A stretch of DNA of 28,910 nucleotides from a virus (lineage: Duplodnaviria > Caudoviricetes), in IMG/VR virus record IMGVR_UViG_3300009603_000044, positions 1 through 28,910 of that record; one strand, 5' to 3'. Every line of letters begins with the position of its first letter. The first letter of the stretch is position 1. The position numbers and the translations under genes were made by a program. The notes under the pieces were generated by a model. It did no database searches. It was not told the DNA's origin and worked only from the letters and a program-made list of their open reading frames with translations. Positions 1 through 8,293 of this stretch are shown here, one piece after another.

Positions 1-1
1 A

Positions 2-880
2 TATACTCCTGCTGGTATTATAAATCTTGGTGATCTGGGAGACAGTCTCTACGATGAGACATACCATGAGACATGTTCTTATCCTTGGGATAAACTAAAT
101 GAGAAGACCTACGGTATGCGTACCGGAGAGCTAGTTACCTTCACCTCTGGTGCTGGTATGGGTAAGAGCAGTGTTATGCGTGAACTAATGCATCACATTA
201 TGGGAAGCACCCAAGACAACCTTGGACTACTTGCTCTGGAAGAAAGCACACGTAGTACAACATTTAACATTATGAGTGTTGAGGCTAATGCCAGACTATA
301 TATAAAAGAAATACGAGATCGATTCACCCCGGAACAATTAAAGGAGTGGCAAGACAAGACAGTAGGTAGCCGAAGGTTCTTTGCCTTTGATCACTTTGGT
401 TCCATAAGCAACGATGAGATCCTTGATCGTGTCCGGTATATGGCAAAGGCTCTTGATTGTAAGTGGGTCTTTCTGGATCACCTATCTATTCTAGTATCAG
501 GTCAGGAAGACTTTGGAGATGAGCGTAAGTCTATCGATGTCTTGATGACCAAGCTACGTTCTCTGGTTGAGGAGACTGGGATAGCTTTGCTACTTGTCAG
601 TCATCTTCGTAGGCCGGGTGGTGATAGAGGTCACGAGGAGGGGAGGGAGGTATCTCTCTCGCATCTGCGTGGCTCTGCCAGTATAGCACATCTAAGTGAT
701 AGTGTCATAGCTCTGGAGCGCAACCAGCAAGCGGAAGATGAGGTGGAGGCCAACACAACCACCGTTCGTATCCTGAAGAATAGATACACCGGAGACACTG
801 GTGTTGCTTGTCACTTGCATTACGACAAAGAAACTGGTAGAATGACACAGATCGATAACCCCTTCTTGGAGGATGAATAA
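2..880 (+). CDS. T7 gp4-like primase-helicase, C-terminal SF4 (DnaB-like) helicase domain; 5'-truncated by the window edge
   Basis: Frame is open from base 2 (YTPAGIINLGD...TYGMRTGEL). Walker A SGAGMGKS, ALEES, Walker B VFLDHLS, LVSHLRR, LRGSASIAHLSD and LKNRYTG all match gp4/Twinkle helicase motifs. Confidence 0.95.
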   Translation, partial: YTPAGIINLGDLGDSLYDETYHETCSYPWDKLNEKTYGMRTGELVTFTSGAGMGKSSVMRELMHHIMGSTQDNLGLLALEESTRSTTFNIMSVEANARLYIKEIRDRFTPEQLKEWQDKTVGSRRFFAFDHFGSISNDEILDRVRYMAKALDCKWVFLDHLSILVSGQEDFGDERKSIDVLMTKLRSLVEETGIALLLVSHLRRPGGDRGHEEGREVSLSHLRGSASIAHLSDSVIALERNQQAEDEVEANTTTVRILKNRYTGDTGVACHLHYDKETGRMTQIDNPFLEDE

Positions 881-1481
881 AGTGGAACTTGAGAAACCAA
901 TGATGGAACCATGTTCTAAGTGTGGTTCCTCCGATGCCCTTGCAATATACGCTGACCATTCATACTGTTATAGCTGCAAAGAATTTAATGAAGTTCATAA
1001 AACCAAATATTCTGAAACTTTTATTAAAAGGATTCTTGAATTATCTGAGGCTGACATATGGGAAGAGGCAAAACTAGAATGGAAATTAGTTAGGATTGAT
1101 TTTGCAAGAAAGGAGGAGTGGGAAAGTTGTTTGTGTGGTAAAACTCCCATATGTGAGTTATGTCGAATTACTAATTCTCTTAATGGTAATTCAACTCAGG
1201 TGGGTAATATTTGTATAAATAAATTTACAGATCTGCCGTCTAATCTAATCTTTACAAACATAAAAAAAGTATTTAAGGATGTAGATAAATCCTTCAATGA
1301 AGTGACAACCGAATACATTTATGAAAAGGATTGGATTAATGAATGGGAGTATGACTTTCTAATTGATACAGAACGAAAAAGAAAATTAAGTAATAAACAA
1401 TATAAGAAAAGAGTTTCCATCAACAGCAAAATCTTACGCAAATTTAAGATAGAAAGAAATCACGTTTATCAAGGAGAGTAA
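873..1481 (+). CDS. Hypothetical protein: N-terminal T7-primase-type zinc-binding domain fused to an uncharacterised Cys-rich domain
   Basis: N-terminal PCSKCGSSDALAIYADHSYCYSC resembles the gp4 ZBD (CxxCGSSD...CxxC). Second Cys cluster is CLCGKTPICELC...VGNIC. GGAGG lies just upstream; 8-bp overlap with the helicase end; 3' part visibly AT-rich. Confidence 0.7.
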   Translation: MNKVELEKPMMEPCSKCGSSDALAIYADHSYCYSCKEFNEVHKTKYSETFIKRILELSEADIWEEAKLEWKLVRIDFARKEEWESCLCGKTPICELCRITNSLNGNSTQVGNICINKFTDLPSNLIFTNIKKVFKDVDKSFNEVTTEYIYEKDWINEWEYDFLIDTERKRKLSNKQYKKRVSINSKILRKFKIERNHVYQGE

Positions 1482-1483
1482 AA

Positions 1484-1960
1484 ATGCAAGTCAAGAAGCC
1501 CTTTAATAAAACACTCTACGATATAGCCGACACCAAAGCTAAGAAGCATATGGTAGGTTGGCTTAAAGAACACGATCACTCTAACATCTCTACGAACGAT
1601 ACATATTACTTTGATATAGTCTGCACAGTAGATGGTGACCTACCCAGACTTCTCTACGAGGTAGAGATAAAATATTCTTGGAGGGGAGATTGGCCTGACT
1701 CTTGGGATGAGATACGTATCCCTGAAAGAAAGAGAAGGCTTCTTGATAAATGGAAAGAGGAATGTCCCGATGATGTACTAACATTTGTTGTGTTCCGGAA
1801 TGATTGCAAGAAGGCATGGCATATAGATGGTCATACTCTTCTTGACTGTGATGTTAGAGAGGCTCCCAACCGGAACATCCAGAAAGGAGAGAAGTTCTTT
1901 CACATCTCAACCAGTGATGCATACCTAATGGATATGACCTATGATGAAAGCAGTTGTTGA
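1484..1960 (+). CDS. Putative PD-(D/E)xK-superfamily nuclease
   Basis: FDIV...YEVEIK fits the D...E-x-E-x-K restriction-fold motif. AGGAG RBS upstream. Confidence 0.6.
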   Translation: MQVKKPFNKTLYDIADTKAKKHMVGWLKEHDHSNISTNDTYYFDIVCTVDGDLPRLLYEVEIKYSWRGDWPDSWDEIRIPERKRRLLDKWKEECPDDVLTFVVFRNDCKKAWHIDGHTLLDCDVREAPNRNIQKGEKFFHISTSDAYLMDMTYDESSC

Positions 1961-3578
1961 TATAGAGACAGACAGCCTAGATGCAACAAAGATACATTGC
2001 ATAGTCGCTCAACATTATCAAACAGGAGAAACAAGACAATGGGTTGGAGATGAATGTAGTCAGTTCGGGGGATGGTCTGGAAAGATAGATCAATTTATTA
2101 TGCACAATGGTCTTAGCTTCGACGGCCCCATCCTTAACCGACTGGCTAATGCTAAAATAAAATCCCATAAGATCAGAGATACATTAATTGAATCTCAACT
2201 GTACAATCCTGTCCGGGATGGAGGACACTCTCTGGCATCTTGGGGTGAGCGGCTCGACTATACCAAGGGAGAGTTCACTGAGTTCGAAGAGTATAGTGAG
2301 AAGATGTTGGAGTACTGCATTCGGGATACTGAACTTACCCGGAAGCTTGGGGTTAGTCTTGAACAAGAAGGGAGAATTTTTAGTCCAGAGGCGTATGATC
2401 TGGAGCGTCAGATAAGAATAATAATAGACAGACAACAAGATAATGGCTTTGCTTTCAATCTTATGGAGGGCCAGATCCTCTTGGCTAGACTGGAAGACGA
2501 ACAACGTCAGCTTGAATTTCAGGCCAACGAAATGTTTGAACCCACAGAAGTTCAGTTAAAAACTAAAGTTAAACATATTCCATTTAACATAGCCAGTAGG
2601 AAACAGATTGCTGAACGTCTGGTAGAGAGAGGATGGAAGCCCAAGAAGCATACAGATAAGGGTAATATTATTGTTAATGAAAATGTCCTTTCTAAGATTA
2701 AAGACATGCCTGAGGCTCAGATGTTTAGTAGATACTTCCTTCTTCAGAAGCGTACCGGACTTCTTAGAGCGTGGATACAAGAGTGTCAGGAGGATGGTCG
2801 AGTCCACGGTAAGGTTCTTACCCTTCGTACCATAACAGGACGTATGGCTCACCACAAGCCTAACATGGCACAGGTTCCGGCAGTCTACTCTCCATTCGGG
2901 AAGGAGTGTCGATCCCTCTGGACGGTATCAAATCCAGAGACACACAGACTTGTAGGTACAGATGCCAGTGGGCTGGAGCTTCGCTGTCTGGCACATTATA
3001 TGGATAATGAAAGCTTTACAAAAGAAGTTCTTACAGGAGATATACATACAGCTAATCAGAAGGCCGCTGGTCTAAAGACAAGAGATCAAGCAAAGACTTT
3101 TATCTATGCCTTTCTCTACGGAGCAGGAGCAGCCAAGATAGGAAAGATAGTAGGAGGTTCTTCTCGAACGGGGCGTGAACTAATAGAAAAGTTTCTAAAG
3201 AATATTCCACCCTTGAAGACACTCCGAACTAACATACAGGAAGCAGCTCAGAGTGGCATGATCAAGGGCTTAGATGGTCGAAGGTTACATATAAGGTCTG
3301 ATCATGCTGCTCTAAATACTCTTATCCAAGGAGCCGGGGCTGTCGTTTGCAAACAATGGCTCGTGGAAATGGATAAGGGGATACAAAGCTCAGGGCTGGA
3401 TGCCAAGCTAGTAGCCTCAGTACACGATGAGTATCAGTTTGAGGTAGCCAAGCCCGACATTGAACGCTTCGGCCAGATAACAAAGGAAGCTATCCATTCT
3501 ACGCAGGGGATACTAAACTTTAAATGTGATCTGGACTCCAGCCATAAGGTTGGCTCCAACTGGTCGGAGACACATTAA
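1941..3578 (+). CDS. polA: DNA polymerase, family A (T7 gp5-like) with 3'-5' exonuclease
   Basis: Exo motifs DIETD, HNGLSFD, YCIRD; TGRM...PNMAQVP; motif A DASGLELR; motif B RDQAKTFIYAFLYG; motif C VHDE. Confidence 0.97.
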   Translation: MMKAVVDIETDSLDATKIHCIVAQHYQTGETRQWVGDECSQFGGWSGKIDQFIMHNGLSFDGPILNRLANAKIKSHKIRDTLIESQLYNPVRDGGHSLASWGERLDYTKGEFTEFEEYSEKMLEYCIRDTELTRKLGVSLEQEGRIFSPEAYDLERQIRIIIDRQQDNGFAFNLMEGQILLARLEDEQRQLEFQANEMFEPTEVQLKTKVKHIPFNIASRKQIAERLVERGWKPKKHTDKGNIIVNENVLSKIKDMPEAQMFSRYFLLQKRTGLLRAWIQECQEDGRVHGKVLTLRTITGRMAHHKPNMAQVPAVYSPFGKECRSLWTVSNPETHRLVGTDASGLELRCLAHYMDNESFTKEVLTGDIHTANQKAAGLKTRDQAKTFIYAFLYGAGAAKIGKIVGGSSRTGRELIEKFLKNIPPLKTLRTNIQEAAQSGMIKGLDGRRLHIRSDHAALNTLIQGAGAVVCKQWLVEMDKGIQSSGLDAKLVASVHDEYQFEVAKPDIERFGQITKEAIHSTQGILNFKCDLDSSHKVGSNWSETH

Positions 3579-4030
3579 TGACAGATCAATTTGAGATGTT
3601 TCCAGATGTAGCGTCAATAGATCAAAGTAAAGGAACAAGAGTTTGCAAATATTGTAAAAAAGAAAAAAGTTTAAAGGACTTTGCAACTGGAATTTATAGG
3701 GCTGATGGATCACAAAGATTTAAGAATGTCTGTAAAGCATGTGACAACGAACGCAAAAAATTTGCAGACAATATAAGAAGGACACACAAAAAACCAGATG
3801 ATCACCACTGTCCCATTTGTCTCTCTGGAGATAAGGAGGTTAGAGATAAACTAGTTCCTGAATCGAGACACCAATCTAATACATGGGTTGTAGACCATGA
3901 TCGAAAAACAATGGCATTTAGAGATTGGCTGTGTGACCATTGCAATAAGGGTCTCGGTATGTTTGAGGAGGATGTTCACAATTTAAGGAGGGCTGTAAAT
4001 TATTTAGAAAAACATGATAATAACTGTTGA
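3578..4030 (+). CDS. Endonuclease VII-family (His-Me finger) nuclease with N-terminal zinc ribbon
   Basis: CKYC...CKAC zinc ribbon, then CPIC...VVDHDRKT...RDWLCDHCNKGLG matching the EndoVII DHxH...RGLLCxxCN pattern. TAATG coupling to the polymerase. Confidence 0.85.
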   Translation: MTDQFEMFPDVASIDQSKGTRVCKYCKKEKSLKDFATGIYRADGSQRFKNVCKACDNERKKFADNIRRTHKKPDDHHCPICLSGDKEVRDKLVPESRHQSNTWVVDHDRKTMAFRDWLCDHCNKGLGMFEEDVHNLRRAVNYLEKHDNNC

Positions 4031-4056
4031 CATACACCCTGAAGGTGTGGTACAAT
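4027..4056 (+). promoter_or_regulatory. Sigma70-type promoter upstream of ssb
   Basis: TTGACA (4027-4032), 18-bp spacer, then TACAAT (4051-4056) preceded by an extended -10 TG at 4048-4049. Confidence 0.75.
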
Positions 4057-4081
4057 TCACTCGTTGCTTAGTTGGTAGTAC

Positions 4082-4171
4082 CTAATCAAGCTCTGTAGTA
4101 GTACGAAGTAGTACTACAGAGCGTAGATTAGTCTTGGGGAATGATCCCCACTCATGGCTGCAATGGTGCAG
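4082..4171 (+). other. Three consecutive stem-loops in the ssb leader
   Basis: Hairpin 1: GCTCTGTAGTA (4090-4100) / TACTACAGAGC (4112-4122), with outer CTAATC/GATTAG. Hairpin 2: TGGGGA-ATGA-TCCCCA (4135-4150). Hairpin 3: CTGCA-ATGG-TGCAG (4158-4171). Confidence 0.75.
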
Positions 4172-4190
4172 TGTTTTAAAGGAGAACAGA

Positions 4191-4646
4191 ATGAACGATC
4201 CGATTTACATTTCTGGCAAGTGCCACTATGCCTCGATCACCGAGCCGAACACCAAGTTCGATCCGGTTTGGTCTATTCAAGTTGAGGTTAATGATAACAA
4301 TCGAGCTGTTATCGAAGGGGCTGGCCTTCCCATCAGTAACAAGGATGACGACCGGGGTGACTTTGTTACCATTAAGCGTAAAGTCTTGCGTCCTGATGGT
4401 AGCCAACGTGCCGCTCCCTTTATAAAAGACTCTCAGAATAATATCTGGAATGGCAAGCTGATTGCTAATGGTAGCACGGTAAATGTTAAGGCCGTTCCCT
4501 ACGAGTGGAACTATGCTGGTAAATCAGGAGTATCTGCTGACTTGGCAGCAGTGCAGGTGGTGGACTTCATTGAGTACACCAGAGATGACCAAGACTTTGA
4601 ACCAGTAGAAGGAGGCTATGTGCAAGAGGAAGCTGCACCCTTTTAA
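4191..4646 (+). CDS. ssb: Single-stranded DNA-binding protein (T7 gp2.5 / DUF2815-like)
   Basis: ATG 4191 follows AAGGAG (4179-4184), so the TTG start at 4134 is unlikely. OB-fold motifs IANGSTVNV and GVSADLAAVQVVD; acidic tail ending ...EEAAPF. Confidence 0.88.
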   Translation: MNDPIYISGKCHYASITEPNTKFDPVWSIQVEVNDNNRAVIEGAGLPISNKDDDRGDFVTIKRKVLRPDGSQRAAPFIKDSQNNIWNGKLIANGSTVNVKAVPYEWNYAGKSGVSADLAAVQVVDFIEYTRDDQDFEPVEGGYVQEEAAPF

Positions 4647-4716
4647 CAACTAGAAAGGAGGGAGGGTGTCACTTTGTTTTGAATGGTAGCATTGTGGCAC
4701 CCCCTCTACTACTCCA

Positions 4717-5577
4717 ATGAAACAAATTGAAACATTAGTTAAGGATATCTACAACCTCTTTACTCTTGATCCTATTGATATGGATGAAGAGGAAGTAGAC
4801 AAACATATAGATACCTTTGGTGATATGCTTAAGGTTCACATCAAGGAGTTCTTATATGAGAAGCCCAGAGATCGTGCCAACCTACGACTATCTGCCATTG
4901 GCAAACCAAACAGACAGCTTTGGTATGATCTTAACAAACCCTTGAACGATGTCCAGCTTCAGCCCTCTACTCGAATAAAGTTTTTATATGGGTATATCTT
5001 GGAAGAGCTACTTCTTCTTTGCGCTTCTATCTCAGGTCACACGGTAACTGATCAGCAAAGAGAGGTTGAAGTAGAAGGTGTAAAGGGCCACCAAGATGCT
5101 ATGATTGATGGTGTTCTGGTTGACTGTAAGTCTGCAAGTGGTCCCGGCTTTGATAAGTTTAAGTATCACAAACTCGGGGAGGATGATCCCTTTGGATACA
5201 TTGCTCAGATCTCAGCCTATGCTCACGCTAATGCAGTTAGTCGAGCTGCTTTTCTTGCTATTAACAAATCAACAGGAGAGATCTGCCTGACTCCTGTACA
5301 TCAGATGGAAATGATTAATGCTAAACAGAGAGTGGAATACCTTAAAGGAATGGTTGCAGATAGCCGGATACCTGATCGGTGTTATGCTGATGTTCCTGAT
5401 GGGAAGTCTGGCAATCATAAGCTTGCTGTTGGTTGTGTTTATTGTGGGCATAAAAGAGAATGTTGGGAGGATACAAACCAAGGTAGGGGTCTGCGTGTGT
5501 TCCAGTATGCAAAGGGTAAGAGATTTCTCACACAAGTTGCAAAAGAACCTGATGTAGAAGAGGTGGTGAACTGGTAA
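4717..5577 (+). CDS. Cas4/RecB-like PD-(D/E)xK exonuclease
   Basis: RLSAIGKPNRQLWY, GYILEE, GHQDAMIDGVLVDCKS (D...D-x-K), YIAQISAY and a C-terminal CVYC...C motif. Confidence 0.85.
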   Translation: MKQIETLVKDIYNLFTLDPIDMDEEEVDKHIDTFGDMLKVHIKEFLYEKPRDRANLRLSAIGKPNRQLWYDLNKPLNDVQLQPSTRIKFLYGYILEELLLLCASISGHTVTDQQREVEVEGVKGHQDAMIDGVLVDCKSASGPGFDKFKYHKLGEDDPFGYIAQISAYAHANAVSRAAFLAINKSTGEICLTPVHQMEMINAKQRVEYLKGMVADSRIPDRCYADVPDGKSGNHKLAVGCVYCGHKRECWEDTNQGRGLRVFQYAKGKRFLTQVAKEPDVEEVVNW

Positions 5578-5966
5578 TGCATTGGGAGTATCCTCAGAAA
5601 CTCGACACTAAAAATACTTTTGGGTTTGTCTATCTTATAACTCAGAAGGAAACAAAGAAAGCTTACATAGGTTGTAAACAATACTTTGTTAAAAAAAATA
5701 AAAAGAAAGTTGAGTCGGACTGGAAGCTTTACACTGGATCAAACAAGACTCTAAACGAAGAGATTAAAAAACTAGGAAAGAAACATTTCCGGTTTCAGGT
5801 TATTGGAGAGTATAAGAATAAACGGAGTCTAAGATACTATGAGTGTTATTATCAAATAATTAATCATGTATTAACCGCAAAGCTAGAGGGAACAGACGAA
5901 CCTGCTTACTACAATAATTATATAGGTGGTAAGTTTTATAGACCTGTTCAAGATCCAATTGAATAA
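5577..5966 (+). CDS. GIY-YIG family (Seg-like) endonuclease
   Basis: FGFVYLIT...KAYIGCK, W..YTGS, YE..Q and YYN. TAATG-coupled to the exonuclease. Confidence 0.8.
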   Translation: MHWEYPQKLDTKNTFGFVYLITQKETKKAYIGCKQYFVKKNKKKVESDWKLYTGSNKTLNEEIKKLGKKHFRFQVIGEYKNKRSLRYYECYYQIINHVLTAKLEGTDEPAYYNNYIGGKFYRPVQDPIE

Positions 5967-6279
5967 TAATATAGATTTTGAATCTCTTTATGATGTGGCT
6001 CAGAAAGATCCTATTAAAAGTCTTCATCTGGCAGTAATTTTTCAGGCCATCATTGATCTTATTAAACCTGAAGACGTACAAGAGAGTAGTAATATAAAAC
6101 TACAAAGAGATCAGGCCCATGCTTGGGTCTTTTCTTCTGTTGGTGTAACGTGTGAAAGCTTTGAGGATACTTGTATACTCGCAGGTCTTGAACCGGGGAT
6201 GGTTCGGACCTTCACCTTGAATGCAATCAAATCAGGAGATACAGATGAAGTCCGACGAAAAATTAACTACCTCTTGTGA
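5926..6279 (+). CDS. Hypothetical phage protein (true start may be TTG 5959)
   Basis: Fills the gap in a densely packed + strand operon. LAVIFQAIID...AHAWV...FEDTCILAGLEP resembles small conserved phage proteins. Confidence 0.65.
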   Translation: MVSFIDLFKIQLNNNIDFESLYDVAQKDPIKSLHLAVIFQAIIDLIKPEDVQESSNIKLQRDQAHAWVFSSVGVTCESFEDTCILAGLEPGMVRTFTLNAIKSGDTDEVRRKINYLL

Positions 6280-6544
6280 GGCTGGTGATAGAGAAGGAAC
6301 CTACGACTACTATCTCCGACGAATGAAAGAAGAGAATGCCCTGAACAAACAGGTAGGGGGACAACACTATAAAGATTGTGGTATCCAGCCAGTAGAATAT
6401 ATATTTCAGAATGGTCTTGACTATTTTGAGGGAAACGTGGTAAAGTATATTACTCGACACCGTAAGAAGGGAGAAGGAAAGAAAGATGTAGAAAAGGCTA
6501 TCCATTACGCCCAGCTAATCCTTGAACTCTATTATAATGAATAG
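6245..6544 (+). CDS. DUF3310 / T7 gp1.7-like putative nucleotide kinase
   Basis: QVGGQHYK...IQPVEYI...YFEGNVVKYITR..KK.....DVEKAIHY signature. ATG 6245 follows AGGAG. Confidence 0.85.
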   Translation: MKSDEKLTTSCEAGDREGTYDYYLRRMKEENALNKQVGGQHYKDCGIQPVEYIFQNGLDYFEGNVVKYITRHRKKGEGKKDVEKAIHYAQLILELYYNE

Positions 6545-6551
6545 GTAGATA

Positions 6552-8228
6552 ATGTTTAAATCAAATAGAAATCCGCAATTCCGATCCAAGTTCAGTGAGG
6601 ATATTTTCAACACAAAATATTCCCACGAGGATGCTGAGACCTTTCACGAGCTTTCATGTACCTTGGTTAATGATGTCTGTCAAAGTCACCTCACCCTAGA
6701 TGAGAAGGAAGAATTGATAGATCATATATCCAACCTTCGCTTCATACCCGGAGGTAGGTATCTTTATTATGCAGGGCGTGATAAGAAGTTCTTTAATAAT
6801 TGCTACCTTCTAAAAGCAGAAGAAGATACCCGAGAAGATTGGGCCAAGCTTAGTTGGCAATCAGAGTCGTGCCTGATGACCGGGGGTGGTATTGGAACTG
6901 ACTATTCCATCTATAGACCGGAAGGGCAGATACTAAAGGGGACGGGTGGTGTTAGTAGTGGACCTATTCCGAAGATGCAAATGATCAATGAGATTGGTCG
7001 CCATGTAATGCAAGGTGGGTCCAGAAGATCAGCTATTTATGCCAGCCTGAATTGGAAACACTCAGACATAGATAAATTTCTAATATCAAAGAACTGGTTT
7101 GATATGCCAGTAGGAACTACAGGACAAACAATCTTTGATGTAAAGCAGGATGACTTTAATTTTCCAGCTCCCTTGGATATGACCAACATCTCTGTTAACT
7201 ACGATACCGAATGGTTACTTAATTACTGGGAGACAGGAGAGGTAGGAGATGTATTTAAAACTAATGTACATCAAGCTTTGCGAACGGCTGAACCGGGCTT
7301 CTCTTTTAACTTCTTTGAGAAAGAGAATGAGACGTTACGCAACGCCTGTACAGAAGTTACTTCCGAGGATGATTCTGATGTGTGTAATCTTGGTAGTCTT
7401 AATTTTGCTCGAATTGACGATCTTAACCAGTTGCGAGAAGTGGTATCGTTAGCAACCAAGTTTCTCTTGTGCGGTACGCTCCGAGCGCAGCTACCCTACA
7501 CCAAAGTACATGAAGTTCGAGAAAAGAATAGACGGCTAGGTCTGGGTCTGATGGGTCTACACGAATGGCTTATCCAGCGAGGAGGTAGATACGAAACAAC
7601 TCCTGAATTACACAGGTGGCTAAAGGTCTATGAGGCTGAGTCAAACAAGACGGCCAGACACTTTGCCGATAAACTTTCGGTCTCACGGCCAATAGCAGTA
7701 CGATCCATAGCTCCTACCGGCACTATAGGTATCTTGGCTGGCACATCCACAGGAATAGAGCCTATCTTTGCTGTGGCCTATAAGAGAAGGTACCTTAAAA
7801 ACAAGCGGTGGCATTATCAATATGTGGTAGACAGTGCTGCTCAGGAGATGATTGAGATTTACGGTACAAAACCAGACCAAATTGAATCTGCCTTGGATCT
7901 TGTGGGAGATTATGAAAGACGCCTTAACTTCCAAGCTAATGTGCAAGAGTATGTGGACATGGCTATATCCAGCACCATCAATCTACCTGAGTGGGGAACA
8001 GAAAATAATAATGAGGATAGTGTGGAGAAATTTACCCAGACACTAGCCAAATATGCCCACCGTCTGCGTGGATTTACTTGCTTCCCGGATGGATGTCGAG
8101 GTGGACAGCCTCTTACTGCCATCCCTTACGAGGAAGCTCTGGAAAAACTAGGAGAAGAGTTTGAGGACAACATACAAGTTCACGATATTTGTGATATTAG
8201 TGGTAGTAGTGGTATTTGCGGAGCTTAG
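6552..8228 (+). CDS. Ribonucleotide reductase catalytic subunit, probably class II (NrdJ, B12-dependent)
   Basis: PGGR, NNC, GGGIG, RRSA, NACTE (thiyl Cys), CNLGS, APTGT, GIEP, ISSTIN and a C-terminal Cys pair (CDISGSSGICGA). No ATP cone and no beta-subunit gene in the window. Confidence 0.9.
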   Translation: MFKSNRNPQFRSKFSEDIFNTKYSHEDAETFHELSCTLVNDVCQSHLTLDEKEELIDHISNLRFIPGGRYLYYAGRDKKFFNNCYLLKAEEDTREDWAKLSWQSESCLMTGGGIGTDYSIYRPEGQILKGTGGVSSGPIPKMQMINEIGRHVMQGGSRRSAIYASLNWKHSDIDKFLISKNWFDMPVGTTGQTIFDVKQDDFNFPAPLDMTNISVNYDTEWLLNYWETGEVGDVFKTNVHQALRTAEPGFSFNFFEKENETLRNACTEVTSEDDSDVCNLGSLNFARIDDLNQLREVVSLATKFLLCGTLRAQLPYTKVHEVREKNRRLGLGLMGLHEWLIQRGGRYETTPELHRWLKVYEAESNKTARHFADKLSVSRPIAVRSIAPTGTIGILAGTSTGIEPIFAVAYKRRYLKNKRWHYQYVVDSAAQEMIEIYGTKPDQIESALDLVGDYERRLNFQANVQEYVDMAISSTINLPEWGTENNNEDSVEKFTQTLAKYAHRLRGFTCFPDGCRGGQPLTAIPYEEALEKLGEEFEDNIQVHDICDISGSSGICGA

Positions 8229-8243
8229 TTTTAAAAAAAGTAC

Positions 8244-8272
8244 TTGACAAGCATAGCTTTTTGTAGTATAAT
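8244..8272 (+). promoter_or_regulatory. Perfect-consensus sigma70 promoter
   Basis: TTGACA (8244-8249), 17 bp, TATAAT (8267-8272), with an A/T tract (UP-element-like) immediately upstream. Confidence 0.92.
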
Positions 8273-8293
8273 ATATGTATGTGGAAGAGTAAA

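Noticed and set aside
4134-4190. Longer TTG-initiated start for ssb from the ORF track
   Set aside because: It runs through the leader hairpins. A strong AAGGAG precedes ATG 4191.
4057-4190. tRNA in the structured intergenic region
   Set aside because: No cloverleaf, T-loop (GTTCGA) or acceptor stem. No tRNA was recognised anywhere in the window.
1941-8228. Introns or inteins in polA or the RNR gene
   Set aside because: Both ORFs are continuous and compact, with no insertions between motifs.
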